Shown here: one piece after another, positions 22,551 through 34,072 of the stretch
Layout: the number at the start of each line of letters is the position of its first letter
Numbering within the stretch: position 1 is the first letter of the stretch
NCBI GenBank assembly: GCA_019828565.1
Contig: JAHDYR010000008.1
Coordinates: 248,001-312,000 of the forward strand
Reading direction: 5' to 3'
DNA length: 64,000 bases
Source of the DNA: Carpediemonas membranifera BICM
Lineage: Eukaryota > Protista > Fornicata
The notes under the pieces: model-generated
Database searches by the model: none
What the model saw: the letters and a program-made list of their open reading frames with translations, nothing else
Told to the model about the DNA's origin: nothing
Position numbers and translations under genes: made by a program

Positions 22551-24475
22551 TTATGTATACGGGTCAATTGTCAGATGCACCGTTCTGAACTTCGCGTCAC
22601 GGCCACCCCTAAGGCCGGCCAGGTACCTCTTGTACTCGATAGGCTTCGTCCCCTGCTCCACTACACTCTGGGTCGCCTCCGTCACCTGCTTGATCGTCTG
22701 AGCGTCATTCTCATGCTTGTAAGCGGTGACGTTAGTCTGCGCGCTGTGAGTTTTCTTTCCAGTCAGCGCGTGGAGGTGCAGTGCCCGTTCCCTCAGCCTC
22801 CAGAGACTTGACTCGTATTCCTTATCGATGTGGCTTGACTCAATGTGCAAAGGTGTCTGCATGCCCATGTCAAGTTGGGTCGGGCGGTCGGTTCCAGATT
22901 TGATCCAATCAAGATCCTGAGGCTCGCCGAATGAACGGACGTACCAGTCGTTGCACTGGGGGTGTGCGAGCATGGCTGGGAACACGCTGGTAACGTTGAG
23001 AACCATGGGAAGCTCCGGGAACGTCGCCGTCATCGTCCGCATCTCATCCGTAAACTGCACTCTTTCCCACGACAGGAACTCTCGTGCGGCGTACTCGTCG
23101 ACAAAGGAGAGCACGTCTCCATCTGGGGTGACGAGAAGGCCGTTGGCGGGCTTACCAGGCACCAGCAGCCCCCCTGTCTTGATCAGGGTCCAGGGACACA
23201 TTCCTGCGAGGGTGGGGCGCAGGTCCGTGATGACTTCGGGCTCAGTGATGAAGATGCCGGCCTTGGAGCTTGAGGGGCAGGAGGCGTCTCCGATGATGGG
23301 CACGGGCTGGGCACTACGGGCCTGGACGACGTTCTCATTGGCGATGAGGGCGACGACCTCGGGGATGTCAATGTGCGCCTTCAACTCTCGCATGAGCACG
23401 CGCACAGTGGAGGCCTGCACGCCAGCGTTGAGAAGGGTGCTGTAGTGCCCGCTGATAGTCACGAAGCGGGGGTAGACCTCGCCCTTCGGGACGCTGTCCC
23501 TCCCCCCGACAAGGCGACGGACCTCGATGAGACCAGCCTGGAGAGAAGTCATCGCGTCGTTAGCGTCGTCCAGGAGCTTTCTGATGGACCTGCTGAGGCC
23601 ATCCAGGGAGATCATTAGCAGCCTTCTGTTGAAGAGGCCAGCCAACCTCCGTCTGTACTCGGCAAGGGCGTGGTCACCAGTGTTCGCCTTATCTAGTTGG
23701 TAACGGCAGACGAGGATGAAGTCCCCGATCTGAGTGGCCACGATGTCGATCAGCCCGCCGACAGTCTGGCTTACAGACTCGAGGGTGGTTACAACCTCAC
23801 GGAGTGGGTCGAGCGAGGGCATGTTTAGCACACGGATGCCACACACAATGCGGGGGAGCTCCTCAAGCTGCTCGAGGGCGTTCTCGTCTGATTCAGCGAG
23901 CAGGACGTCCCTGAAAACGACCGTCTCGGACTCAGGAAGGACGGAGCCGAGCGCTGCACGGATCTCATCGCCACCCTCGCTGTCCTGGCTGAACGGGCGG
24001 ACGTCGTCTGGGGCGGTGATCTGGATGGGAATGGCGTACTCGAAGCAGAGAGACAGGATGTGGGCGTACGCCGCGTCAGGCGTCGGCACGGCACGGAGGC
24101 GCTGGAGGGTGCGCGACAGAGAGGTTTTCTGCTGCATCGTGAACCTCTCGTAGGCCTCATGGAGGAGGTTGGCGGACTGGATGTACGTCGTCTGCATTGT
24201 GAGTGTTGCGGCGGAAATGTGCTGGTGGCGAGAAATATCGGGGGGAGACAACAGAAAATCGGCACAGCGCTTGATAAGGTTCTTCAGTTGTACTTCGGTT
24301 AGCTGTTTGCGGTATTCTCCTGGCTCAGCGGCGTCAATTACCCAGCGAGTGACGTAGTGGCCGAGAATCTGGGTGAGGAAACGAGTGCGGCGGTACAAAC
24401 TTCGTTGATAGGATGCTTTTCTTGTTGCATAATGTGTAGCAGCTGGTGAACGAAGGGCTGGATGAGAGGCTCCAT
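22551..24475 (-). CDS. CFAP206: Cilia- and flagella-associated protein 206 (one intron, 24369-24400)
   Basis: Motifs VPKGEVYPRF, GMCPWTL..GLLVPG and QTPLH..IDKEY..WRLRERAL..THSAQT. A 25-codon first exon is joined by a gtttgt..ctcacccag intron. Confidence 0.85.
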
Positions 24476-24688
24476 CACTGTCTCCGTTCTAAAAGGCGAA
24501 GGCATAAACTGCGATATGGACAATGCACCGCGCCACTGTATGCCTGACTCCTCTCTAACCGTGCAGTAGCTCTATCTCGGTCGGCCTCATCAGAAATTCG
24601 TTCCTTTGCTTTACAGGAACAATAGAATGAGCATGGGCATCTTTGTCGGTTTATTCAGCTATACGTTAACACGTGGCATCAGCCACTT

Positions 24689-25015
24689 CTACTCTTCGCC
24701 TTCAGTCGCCATGGAGCTGGCGAGTCTCGAGGACTGGCGCATCGATGACCCGCGCTTGGGCAGGGACTGAAGAGATGGTTGGGGCATCGCCCCGAGCTCG
24801 AAGGGATTCTTGTGGCCCTTCTTAATGCGGGTAAGAACGAACTCAGCAGAATCGAAGTGCTGGCCACGATCGGAAAGGAGCTTTCTGAGCATGGCGGATG
24901 TTTTGACGTGAACACCGGTCTGTTCATAGGTTTCCTGCTCCATGGCGGTAACCTTATCCTTGAGCTCGTTCAGCTCGTTCTGAGTGACATTCGCAGCCTC
25001 GTTTCCTTCGCTCAT
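24689..25015 (-). CDS. Small coiled-coil hypothetical protein (weak resemblance to Eaf6/MEAF6)
   Basis: 108-aa ATG ORF filling the gap between genes, with the helix LNELKDKVTAMEQETY. Confidence 0.5.
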   Translation of the reverse strand: MSEGNEAANVTQNELNELKDKVTAMEQETYEQTGVHVKTSAMLRKLLSDRGQHFDSAEFVLTRIKKGHKNPFELGAMPQPSLQSLPKRGSSMRQSSRLASSMATEGEE

Positions 25016-25064
25016 TGACCTTTTTCAGCTCTGTCACTTTGCGATTTTTACAAAGCCCATTCAA

Positions 25065-26045
25065 ATGCGGCTAAGGAGTGTCAAACGAGCTTTTCTACCG
25101 CCCAGCAAGCCACAACTACTAATTATTATCTGCCAAGTGCTCTTTTCATTTTACTACCTCTTCGTATTTAGCCCATGCATGTCGATATGGACAAATATCC
25201 TCTTCGTGCCCATTTTGTGGCCCCTCTGGACTGCTTCGTCCGTTCTCCTACTCATTACGACCTTCATAGACCCTGTGGATGACGATGTTGTCCGACAACA
25301 ACGCGGTGAGGAACTACCCCAGACCGAGCTTCCCAACGAGAAACGTATCAGCAGCTGCTCCATCTGCAAGGTCTCAGTAAGCCGCCGAACGAAGCACTGC
25401 AAGCAGTGCAACATCTGTGTATCCAACTTTGACCACCATTGCGTGTGGCTGAACAACTGCATCGGTCGAGCTAATTATCCCTGGTTCATTGCAACCCTAG
25501 TCGTGTACGGGGTCACCCTCGCAGTGACCATGGCAGTGATGCTGTCCACGCCTGTCCTATTTATCGTTCAGTTGGTCACCGACCTCCCTCTCCTTGGATC
25601 TTTTGTGTGTTTGCCTTGGAGCTATTTGGGCAGCACATGGTGGCTGGTGTGGCTTCCATTCACAGCTGTACTTGCTGTACCGCAGCTTGTACTCGCAGAG
25701 CTATTCATCTGGAGTCTACTTCGCCTACACCGGAACTTGAGGAAACTTGACATCACAACCTTTGAATTCATCAAACGAGAGCGCTGGAAATACCACACCT
25801 TCCTCCTCGAGGACGAACAGGTGCCCTGTGCCGAGGCGTGCCCGTGTCTGCCCGGCCCGGTCTTCACGCTCGCAGCATGGTCCATTGATGGAGTCAAATC
25901 GATCAAACCGAGTCATCGAGCGGCCAAGGCACTGCAAAGGGACACAACCCGGCGTGCTACCGTTATTGCACTCAAAGAGGCCCAACTCATGACGGGGCGA
26001 ACTAGCGGCCGGCCAGAGGAGGACATGACTGTTGAAGGCGTGTGA
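25065..26045 (+). CDS. DHHC palmitoyltransferase
   Basis: CSICK..RTKHCKQCNICVSNFDHHCVWLNNCIG, four TM segments and a TTFE motif. Confidence 0.95.
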   Translation: MRLRSVKRAFLPPSKPQLLIIICQVLFSFYYLFVFSPCMSIWTNILFVPILWPLWTASSVLLLITTFIDPVDDDVVRQQRGEELPQTELPNEKRISSCSICKVSVSRRTKHCKQCNICVSNFDHHCVWLNNCIGRANYPWFIATLVVYGVTLAVTMAVMLSTPVLFIVQLVTDLPLLGSFVCLPWSYLGSTWWLVWLPFTAVLAVPQLVLAELFIWSLLRLHRNLRKLDITTFEFIKRERWKYHTFLLEDEQVPCAEACPCLPGPVFTLAAWSIDGVKSIKPSHRAAKALQRDTTRRATVIALKEAQLMTGRTSGRPEEDMTVEGV

Positions 26046-26122
26046 GCAATCAGAACAGTTTTAAGCATTTCTTATCCGGTTTATAAAAGCGATGCTGGTG
26101 GTTGAGAGGCCAACAGTCATGC

Positions 26123-27955
26123 TTAAGTCTCGACGCCCTCGGCCTCGGGGTAGACCTGCATTTGGTCAACCGGGACGGGGGCGGCGTTAGAGCGCTTGTT
26201 GGACCACAACCGGCCCTCGTTCCACTTGAAATCGTAAACCATAAACAGGATCACGACGACCAATGTAAATACAGCACAGCCGAGGAACCAGGCGATCGAC
26301 CACTTCCACGAGACCTCCAGTGCTGCGGGGGCAATGATGGCGGTCACGCCAAGCCCAAGGTTGAGAGCACATGACATGAGACCGAAAACGATGCCCACCT
26401 TGTTGTGGGGGATGCAGAGAGGGATGCTGGACCAGCAGCAGGGGGAAACGGCGCTGAAGGCGAGACCCTGGAGCAGCATGGCGACAAGAGGGGGGAATCC
26501 CTCAATGAGCAAGAGACCGAAGGCAGCGATGGAGAGTATCGAGGCAACAGTCATCATGGCGAGCTGCTTCCTGAACTTGTCGATGAGCACAGCCCAGAGA
26601 GGACTCACGAGCGCCATGAGGCTGGCGACAGAGACATAACGGGCCGCGACATCCGCAGAGAGGCCTGAGCGGGCGACAAGGATGACCTGACCGACGGACG
26701 TCCAGCCAAAGGCGATGAAGCCCATTGACGGGAGACACATGACGGCCAGCAGCAGACCAACAACGGGAATGCTGACGGCATCCCACGTGCGGCGCCACAG
26801 AGGGAGTGGGTCGGGCTTGGAGAACGGCGCGGACTCGGGCATGGGCTCAGCGTCGGCGGGGAGCTCGGCCTCGTTGTGGAGGCGGGTGATGGCTTGGGCG
26901 ATCTCCTGGCCCGTTGGGATGGCCGTGGGCTGGGCGGTGGCGTCGTTGTCAGCTTCATCAGGTTTGTCAGAGTCAGACTCGGATCCAGAAGTCGATACTG
27001 ACTCGACCGCCGAGTCATCTTCATCGCTCATGACAACGCTCGGGACCTCCGACTTTCCAACGACGACATCAATCGCAGACCTTTCAGTGAGCGGGCTGGG
27101 GTTTGCCGGACTCACCGCCTCGACCGGGGTTGCAATCTCGAGGTCAGCCTCGGTCGGCCGGGTCAGCTTCTCGACAGACTCGCGGCGGGACTGGATAGTT
27201 GACTCAAGGAGGCCGTCCTGGAGCATGGCCGCCTGCTGGGCGCGGTTCTTCTTCTTTCTGCGCTCCGTGGCGATGAATGAGAAGACGCTGGCGGACACAA
27301 GTGCCACTACGAAGGGCACGAGCATGATCATAATCGCGTACATGGACCAGGCGAGACCAACCTGGTCGATCATGATGGGAACGGCGTTCATGCTGACCAC
27401 AGACGCGATACGGCCCACCAGGATGGACAGAGTGATGGATGTAGCGACGATGGAGCTCGGCAGGACGGCCGTGAGGATGGTATCGTTCGACACGATGGCT
27501 GAGTCGCCCCCTACGGAGAATATCGTGCGACCCACGGCCATGATGAGGAAGGCGGTGGTGGGGGAGTAGTTGAAGGGCTCCTTGAGCGTGGCGACGCCAA
27601 GGAGGAAGATGACTGAGCCAACAGCGATGCAAGCACAGAACAGGGCGTACGAGCGGCTACGGCCGAAATGGTCGAGCATGTAGCCAGCAAATAGCGGGAG
27701 AATCATGTTCACCCAGCCATAGATGGACGTTAACACGCCGAAGGCCGTGGTCTCAAGGCCTTCATCGAGCAAGTACTGGCCAGCGCCAGATGGAATGTCG
27801 GTGACGAAGTAGAGAAGAAAAGTCACCGTAACAAGCGATCCAACGCTCAGAACGGAGAACACGGGCATTCGTGGCGAAAGCTCTCGTCTGGTCTTCCTTC
27901 TGCCGGTCTCGATTTGTCCGCGATTGATCTCAGCGAGGCTGTAAAGCCAGGGCAT
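26123..27955 (-). CDS. Major facilitator superfamily transporter (MFSD1-like) with a long central loop; start uncertain (27955 or 27868)
   Basis: About 12 TM segments in two halves, motif A (GYMLDHFGR) and GRTIFSVGGDS. Confidence 0.85.
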   Translation of the reverse strand: MPWLYSLAEINRGQIETGRRKTRRELSPRMPVFSVLSVGSLVTVTFLLYFVTDIPSGAGQYLLDEGLETTAFGVLTSIYGWVNMILPLFAGYMLDHFGRSRSYALFCACIAVGSVIFLLGVATLKEPFNYSPTTAFLIMAVGRTIFSVGGDSAIVSNDTILTAVLPSSIVATSITLSILVGRIASVVSMNAVPIMIDQVGLAWSMYAIMIMLVPFVVALVSASVFSFIATERRKKKNRAQQAAMLQDGLLESTIQSRRESVEKLTRPTEADLEIATPVEAVSPANPSPLTERSAIDVVVGKSEVPSVVMSDEDDSAVESVSTSGSESDSDKPDEADNDATAQPTAIPTGQEIAQAITRLHNEAELPADAEPMPESAPFSKPDPLPLWRRTWDAVSIPVVGLLLAVMCLPSMGFIAFGWTSVGQVILVARSGLSADVAARYVSVASLMALVSPLWAVLIDKFRKQLAMMTVASILSIAAFGLLLIEGFPPLVAMLLQGLAFSAVSPCCWSSIPLCIPHNKVGIVFGLMSCALNLGLGVTAIIAPAALEVSWKWSIAWFLGCAVFTLVVVILFMVYDFKWNEGRLWSNKRSNAAPVPVDQMQVYPEAEGVET

Positions 27956-28167
27956 GCCAGGCCTACCACCGGGCACCCTGGCGAGGGTAAGAGGCGTGTT
28001 AACGGATTTTTTTATTGACTGTGTCAATTTTCAATATTCTTGATGCACTCAAGACTCAGTCAATGACGGTCAACGCAACATGACATAAATGATGCCCTTT
28101 ATTGTGGCGGCTAAGGTGGTGGGCTGCGGCCCCACAGACTATTTGACTGAGTTTTGATCGACACAGA

Positions 28168-30114
28168 TTACTCGAGTTTGCGCCCCTTCTCGGCGACGAG
28201 GGTCACAGTTTGATCGATGCCCATGAAGCCGCACGCCAGGAGACAGCCGGACATCCATGCCGAGAAGCACGAGAGCGCCGTAACAACGAGGGCGACGCAG
28301 ACAAAGATCATCCTCGAGATGGTGTAGTAATCCACGGCATCAGCCTCCTCTTCCTGCTCGGCCAGGGCGTCGTTCCTGAACACGGGCGCCATGAACTCGC
28401 CCCGGGTGACGGTGCCGTCCCACACGGCCGTGGTCGCAGCGAGGGTCGGGTCGGCGTCCCGGGCGTTCTCGAACATGACCCGGGTGCAGAGGAAGACGTC
28501 GGCGGCCCCAGAAGCCACGGCGTCGAGGCACTCGTCCATGGTGTCCATCTGGACGACGGTGGCCGCGGACAGGTGGGAGTCGGTGAGGTCGGCGCAGCGG
28601 TTGATGCTGTACTTGCAGGCCGTAGTCGTCGGAACGTTCAGGGCGGCTATGTCGGTGACTGCACCCACGCCCACGGCGGTGTTGGCGAGCACTGTCATCT
28701 CCGTTGTGTAGTAGAGGCCGCCAAAGGTCCCAGACGACGTCCGGTCGGACCTAGAGAGGACACCGCCCAGGACCAGGGTCACATCGCCATCCTGGAGGGC
28801 CTGCACGACCTCTCTGATGGACTTGGCACTCATGTCGACCCACACCGGCACGAGGCTGACGCCGTACTGGTCGAGGATATACGAGATAAAGTTCTCAGCC
28901 ATCAGCACCTCGAACCCGGTATGCGTGCCGTTATCCGCGACGTCGTGGAACCCTGGCCAGGGGATGTACCCTATTCTTAGCAGGCCGATGTCCAGCACGG
29001 TCCGAAGCACGCCCGTGGGGTAACGCACGTCGTTCCGCTCCATCACGTACGATGTGTCGATGTTGAGCTCGGGCGGGGGCGCCGTGGTGGTGTTTGCCAT
29101 CGTGCTGGCCTGCGCGGAGGCCCAGTCGAAGAGGCGGTAGGCTTCGTTCCACGTCTGGACGAGCAGCTCGTTGCCGTAGTAGTAGAAGGGGGCGTCCTTG
29201 GAGATGGCCACCGCGATGGTACCTAACTCAGCAGTAGCTTGAGGCCCAATGACCGACGTGGGCAGCTCGTCCGAGTGGAGTTTGACGTACGTCGCGGTCA
29301 TGTTGTCGATAATCATTAGATCACAGGAGCCTGACTCGAGCAGACTAAAGCAGGGTGTTTCAGAGAGAGAGGAGCAGAGGAGGCCGCGTGTTGCTGGGAT
29401 ATAGGTCTCACGATAGGTGTCAAACAACGTGTCCCGCTCGACACAGACAGTGAAGGTGCTGCTGTTGTAGGCTGACCAACTTGACCCAACCCCAGTCAGA
29501 GAGGGGCCAATCAGGAGCACTGGAACCGTGTTGAGGCTTCCGCAGGCGAAGTTGACCTCCGCCCGTCTGCCTACAGTGTTGGTGAGCGCTCCGACGAGGA
29601 GATGCTTCTTCGAGTCCACCGCAAACGTCCCTACAGCATCTGAAACATGGTCGCCGTACAAGGAAACGCTCACGTCGATTGTACCCTCTACACCATAGTG
29701 GTTGGCGACGAATTTTGCGAATAGGCGGATGAGCTCAACCTCAAAGCCAGTGAAGGTGCCGTCATCGTTTTGCGTGATCGCACCAGGGTTACAGAGGTTG
29801 CTGGCAACCACGTTGATCATCTTATTCGCTAGGATATCCTGCAAAGCCCCGTCATCGGCGATGGCGTCGTGGAGAGGCCAATGGGCGCGGTTTAGGGCAC
29901 AATCCAGAGGAGAATATGGATCATCGCTTGTCCATATACCATAAAACTGCTCAAAAAGCTCGTAGTATTCGCCATCGACAACAATATCGCGTAGGAATGC
30001 GTCAAAAGCGTTCTGGAGGTCACTATTTCCGTTGTCGTAGGTATACGCGCAGGCAAAGGAAACAATACACAACAAGAGAGCAAAAACTCCCAACGATGAG
30101 CTGGGCGTACGCAT
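28168..30114 (-). CDS. Membrane-anchored protein with two tandem bacterial-type solute-binding (SBP family 3 / PBP type II) domains
   Basis: Signal peptide, DGTFTGFEVELIR and NGTHTGFEVLMAE, LESGSCDL and VASGAADV, T..RRAEVNFA, and a C-terminal TM helix. Confidence 0.8.
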   Translation of the reverse strand: MRTPSSSLGVFALLLCIVSFACAYTYDNGNSDLQNAFDAFLRDIVVDGEYYELFEQFYGIWTSDDPYSPLDCALNRAHWPLHDAIADDGALQDILANKMINVVASNLCNPGAITQNDDGTFTGFEVELIRLFAKFVANHYGVEGTIDVSVSLYGDHVSDAVGTFAVDSKKHLLVGALTNTVGRRAEVNFACGSLNTVPVLLIGPSLTGVGSSWSAYNSSTFTVCVERDTLFDTYRETYIPATRGLLCSSLSETPCFSLLESGSCDLMIIDNMTATYVKLHSDELPTSVIGPQATAELGTIAVAISKDAPFYYYGNELLVQTWNEAYRLFDWASAQASTMANTTTAPPPELNIDTSYVMERNDVRYPTGVLRTVLDIGLLRIGYIPWPGFHDVADNGTHTGFEVLMAENFISYILDQYGVSLVPVWVDMSAKSIREVVQALQDGDVTLVLGGVLSRSDRTSSGTFGGLYYTTEMTVLANTAVGVGAVTDIAALNVPTTTACKYSINRCADLTDSHLSAATVVQMDTMDECLDAVASGAADVFLCTRVMFENARDADPTLAATTAVWDGTVTRGEFMAPVFRNDALAEQEEEADAVDYYTISRMIFVCVALVVTALSCFSAWMSGCLLACGFMGIDQTVTLVAEKGRKLE

Positions 30115-30361
30115 GATTGGCCCGATTCACGCCAAGCGGCAGAGTTTTATCATCAAATCTTTTGATCCGGGTCGAATCTAGACAATCTTCGCGTCTCAAC
30201 GCCAGTCCTGCCACTCGACCCGAATGCTACCGCTAATCAAATCTTTGATAGCCCTGAAGAGCGTTTGGTACGAATCTAATAGTGAAAAGGATCCCAGTAG
30301 GGCCTTACTCGGCATTTATGTAAACGTAAAGGACACCTGGGTAGTATATATAAACCCACAC

Positions 30362-33300
30362 TCATGCCTCTACTATGGGGTTGAACATCTCGAGGCTATC
30401 GTCGGTCTTGACCTCACGACGCTGGAACTTCCGGATTATACGCATTACATAGACCCATCCACTCGACATAAATGACATCCTCAGTCCATTAGCAGCCTTC
30501 AGACCTCTGTTGAGCATGAAAGCGGCGAGGACATATGTCACAACCATACCCACGATGTTAATGGTTCTCTTCTTCTTAACATAGTGGAATGTATCAACTG
30601 TATCGACTGAAACGGTGAGTCTAAACGGCGCTGGGTCAATACCCGTCATGTAATCGGTGACGGTAACGCCGTCGAGACCAAAGGTAGTGGTGTGGGTGTA
30701 GCTATCAACGTACGTGTAGACGAAACGGGACGGTTGGAACAACCTGGGGTGCTCTACGCTGCGTAGTGTCGATGTACACTTCCAATGTCTTGCTATGTCG
30801 CCCCCAATAACAGCTTTGTCGGCGTCCATGTTGGTTGGGAAGACCATGATCACATCTGACGAGTTCAACGGCGTGAGTACGATGTTGTCCGCGGTAATCT
30901 CAGCGTCTTCAGCAACCTCGTCAGTCTCGATCATTATATGCTCGACGTCTATAAACACGGCCTCTGCATAAAGGACGCCAAAGTCGAATGTATACTGCGA
31001 AGTGGGGAGGACGACAGCGTTGGGGATTTTCAGCGTCATCGTCAGGTTTGTGACCTCCGTGCCGAACTCGTCGATGGCAACGTCACCGCGGCACTCGAAC
31101 CCGAGTGCGTCGCAGGGCATGCCGCTCGAGAAGCACCCCACCGTCTCTATAGCCTGTAGACAGTTCTCATTGGCCCAGCCGAGCACCTCGTCTGGAGCGG
31201 GCGTGCCGACGTTGACCAGTGTGATTCTGAGGACGAGGCCGACTTCGAAGTCGACCTGTAGAAGCCCGTTGGCGATCCGCGGGGCCTCACTCTCCGTTAG
31301 TGACAGCGATTCGATCGTGGCGTTGGCCCCACCGTCGGTGGTGGCGGGGCTGTAGGTCTGGTAAAAGACCACAGCGAAGACGAAGAGACAGGCCCAGACG
31401 AGCCAGCCGATGGGAGTAGTTAACCCGCCAAGGAAGGACCCTCTGCTGCCGAGGTATGCGCCGCGGCGTCCCTCGAAGTTGGACACGAAGGGGCGGGGTT
31501 GCGAGTCGACCTTCCTGAAGACGGGGAGGATGAGTTTGGCGTACGCTACATGGGGCCATAAGAGTGGGTTGGATATGGCGGCCTCGGACAACGATGTCAT
31601 CCGGATGAGGTTGGAGTAGACGGGGAAGCAGCAGAAGCAGCAGGCGAATACGGTGTAGAGGATCACGGCGAGGACAACTAGAAGCAGCAGAAGGTTTGTA
31701 AAGGTGAAGCTCATCATCTGATCATATGTCCACGATGAAAAGTCAGTGGGACTGCTTGAGTCCACCAGCACCGTATGACTCGCTTCATGGTGCCTCACCG
31801 CGTCGAAGTCGAGCAGACTGAAGGCCAGGGGAGGGCAGTACGAGCCCTCGGGACACTCCTCGCACGTGGTCCGGGAAGAGCCATCATATCTATTGAAGGA
31901 TCCCGTGGGGCAGGGCTGGCATGACCCGAAGTAGTCGCGGGTCAGGTGGAAGGACTTCTCGCACGTGCTGCCGGTGGGAAAGACCTCGACGGGCTCGCTA
32001 GAACCAGACGGGCGCTCGTCGCTGAGTGAAATGACGGCCGTGAAGTTGTACGACCCAAGCTGCGCTCTGTGGTAGTTGTCGAAAGCCTCGAAGTTCTCGT
32101 CGTGCTCCACAGCGGCGTGGTTCGGCCTCGAGTATGCGATCAACTCCTTGTAGTCAGTTGAAGTCCCGCCCTGCTCGCAGATCCCCTCGCCCAACGCTGC
32201 GGGCAGCGCCAGATACAGCAGAGGCGGGCCCCAGACCATGAGGACGGCCGGGTCATCTCTCTTGAACTTGACTTCCCTCCCAATGCTACCAGGGCCCCTG
32301 ATGGTGTCACCAGCACACATGGCAAACGGTACGCTGAGGTTTGTGGCGTTCGTCCGCTTCATGACCATGATGTGGTCTTCGGTGGGAGTCAGCATGTCAT
32401 CCCACTGCTGTTCGCACGATATGACAAGATGCATCGTATCGATCTGGTCGATCATTAGATCCATAGGAATCAAGGGGAGATCATCGGTCGTAAGAAGCAG
32501 CACACGGCTGCTCGTGTCAATGCTATACCGGCCATTAGCATATACCATGCGGAACCCGGTGACGTAAACCCGCCACTGCGCCTCCTCGGTTGGATCTGCC
32601 GTGGCGAGGACCAGGATGTTCTCAGCGGCCACCGCGTTGAGAATTACCTGACCCTCTTCGAGCACATGGACGATATCTGGGGCTGTGAGTGGGTTGACCG
32701 TCGGATAGTCCCAATCTGAGACATCCCACTGCATCTGGTAGATCAGAATCGAATCTGATCCGAGATTCGTGGCAAAAAATCCAGGTGTGCTTCGCGTGCC
32801 AAGTCTCGATGTCGGGACCGCAAGTACCTCACCGAATCCTGCCGATTGGGCGATTACCATGTTCTTTTCGTCCCACTCGGCGTATAGGGAGAAGTCGACG
32901 TCTTGCGCGGTCATCGGCTCACCGACAGTGCGTATCACGAGGCCGGTGACGTTGCCGGCGTCGTACCTCATGATGGCGTTGTGTGGCATGCCGACCACCG
33001 GTGCACCAAGATGCTCCATGCTCCCAAACGACCGGGCGCTGAACGGTGCATGCGCTAGGGAGACGTAGTAGTAAACCAATGAAGGCTCCACGTCCTCGGT
33101 GGAGGACGTATACCCGAGACTGCTGCCAAGGGAGGTGAATTCAATGAGGCAGATGCGGTTGGGCCGGGCGGTCATCTCGCAAGGGATGTAGGCGAAGCGG
33201 CGGGGGTTACGGTCAATATCTGTATCTGGGATGAAGGGGAAGAGCGTGGCTGAGAAATCCATCGAATTAGATTCACTGTAATCTGTTATAGATACGGAAA

Positions 33301-34072
33301 TCTCAAAAGATATTGTGTCACCGATGAGAGGACCCGTGAGATTGGCCAGTCCAGTGGTCAACGGTGACCCCATGACACTTACGTCGTCGATCGTGGTTAT
33401 GGTGGAGGCCGGGGCGAAGACACCTGCCATATACGCTGGTCCGTGCTTCCTCATGGTCAGCGCGGTGTTGTATAAGGCGTGCAAGTCATACAGGGCGATC
33501 CAGTGGCACTCGACGTCTGCCCCTGCTGCCACGTGCTCTGAACTCCAGGCGACATCCGTGCTCAGGCCGCTGTATACAACGGAGACCGCCTGTCTGTCGC
33601 ACGGACTGTCCTCAGAGGCGATCTCGCTGAAGTATCGTATGGTAAAGCCAGAGGCTGGGTTATATCTGTGTGAGCGGACCCAGAGGACCGCGGGCAGGCT
33701 GGACCCGTCGACTGTGAACAGCTGGCCAGTCTGGGCGATCAGCTGGCATGAGTTTGGGTTCAGACCGGTGTCCTCGTCGCATAAGAGGACAACATCGGCT
33801 GCATCCGCGGTGAATGATTCGACGGCAACATGGAGGGTATATAGCTCCTCGCTGTCAGGATCTAGCACGCTCGTGTCGGGGTCAATGGTGTAGTACCGTT
33901 CAATATAGTGGGTGGAAGGATCGGTTTCGTCCGGGAATACAACTGTGCCCGTCAAGAGCTCAGTGAGAACAACCTCGTCAGCAGCAACAGCGTAGGAGAG
34001 CAAAAGTGAAGAGAGCATGCATATTGCAACTAGATAACGCCTATAGCTCCCATGATGCGCAGGTAACGGCAT
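30362..34072 (-). CDS. Large surface/membrane protein with a CUB-like N-terminus, GCC2/GCC3 Cys repeat and multiple TM helices
   Basis: Signal peptide, ..SGFTIRY (CUB-like end), CQPCPTGSF..CEECPEGSYCP, and three hydrophobic segments. Confidence 0.7.
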   Translation of the reverse strand: MPLPAHHGSYRRYLVAICMLSSLLLSYAVAADEVVLTELLTGTVVFPDETDPSTHYIERYYTIDPDTSVLDPDSEELYTLHVAVESFTADAADVVLLCDEDTGLNPNSCQLIAQTGQLFTVDGSSLPAVLWVRSHRYNPASGFTIRYFSEIASEDSPCDRQAVSVVYSGLSTDVAWSSEHVAAGADVECHWIALYDLHALYNTALTMRKHGPAYMAGVFAPASTITTIDDVSVMGSPLTTGLANLTGPLIGDTISFEISVSITDYSESNSMDFSATLFPFIPDTDIDRNPRRFAYIPCEMTARPNRICLIEFTSLGSSLGYTSSTEDVEPSLVYYYVSLAHAPFSARSFGSMEHLGAPVVGMPHNAIMRYDAGNVTGLVIRTVGEPMTAQDVDFSLYAEWDEKNMVIAQSAGFGEVLAVPTSRLGTRSTPGFFATNLGSDSILIYQMQWDVSDWDYPTVNPLTAPDIVHVLEEGQVILNAVAAENILVLATADPTEEAQWRVYVTGFRMVYANGRYSIDTSSRVLLLTTDDLPLIPMDLMIDQIDTMHLVISCEQQWDDMLTPTEDHIMVMKRTNATNLSVPFAMCAGDTIRGPGSIGREVKFKRDDPAVLMVWGPPLLYLALPAALGEGICEQGGTSTDYKELIAYSRPNHAAVEHDENFEAFDNYHRAQLGSYNFTAVISLSDERPSGSSEPVEVFPTGSTCEKSFHLTRDYFGSCQPCPTGSFNRYDGSSRTTCEECPEGSYCPPLAFSLLDFDAVRHHEASHTVLVDSSSPTDFSSWTYDQMMSFTFTNLLLLLVVLAVILYTVFACCFCCFPVYSNLIRMTSLSEAAISNPLLWPHVAYAKLILPVFRKVDSQPRPFVSNFEGRRGAYLGSRGSFLGGLTTPIGWLVWACLFVFAVVFYQTYSPATTDGGANATIESLSLTESEAPRIANGLLQVDFEVGLVLRITLVNVGTPAPDEVLGWANENCLQAIETVGCFSSGMPCDALGFECRGDVAIDEFGTEVTNLTMTLKIPNAVVLPTSQYTFDFGVLYAEAVFIDVEHIMIETDEVAEDAEITADNIVLTPLNSSDVIMVFPTNMDADKAVIGGDIARHWKCTSTLRSVEHPRLFQPSRFVYTYVDSYTHTTTFGLDGVTVTDYMTGIDPAPFRLTVSVDTVDTFHYVKKKRTINIVGMVVTYVLAAFMLNRGLKAANGLRMSFMSSGWVYVMRIIRKFQRREVKTDDSLEMFNPIVEA

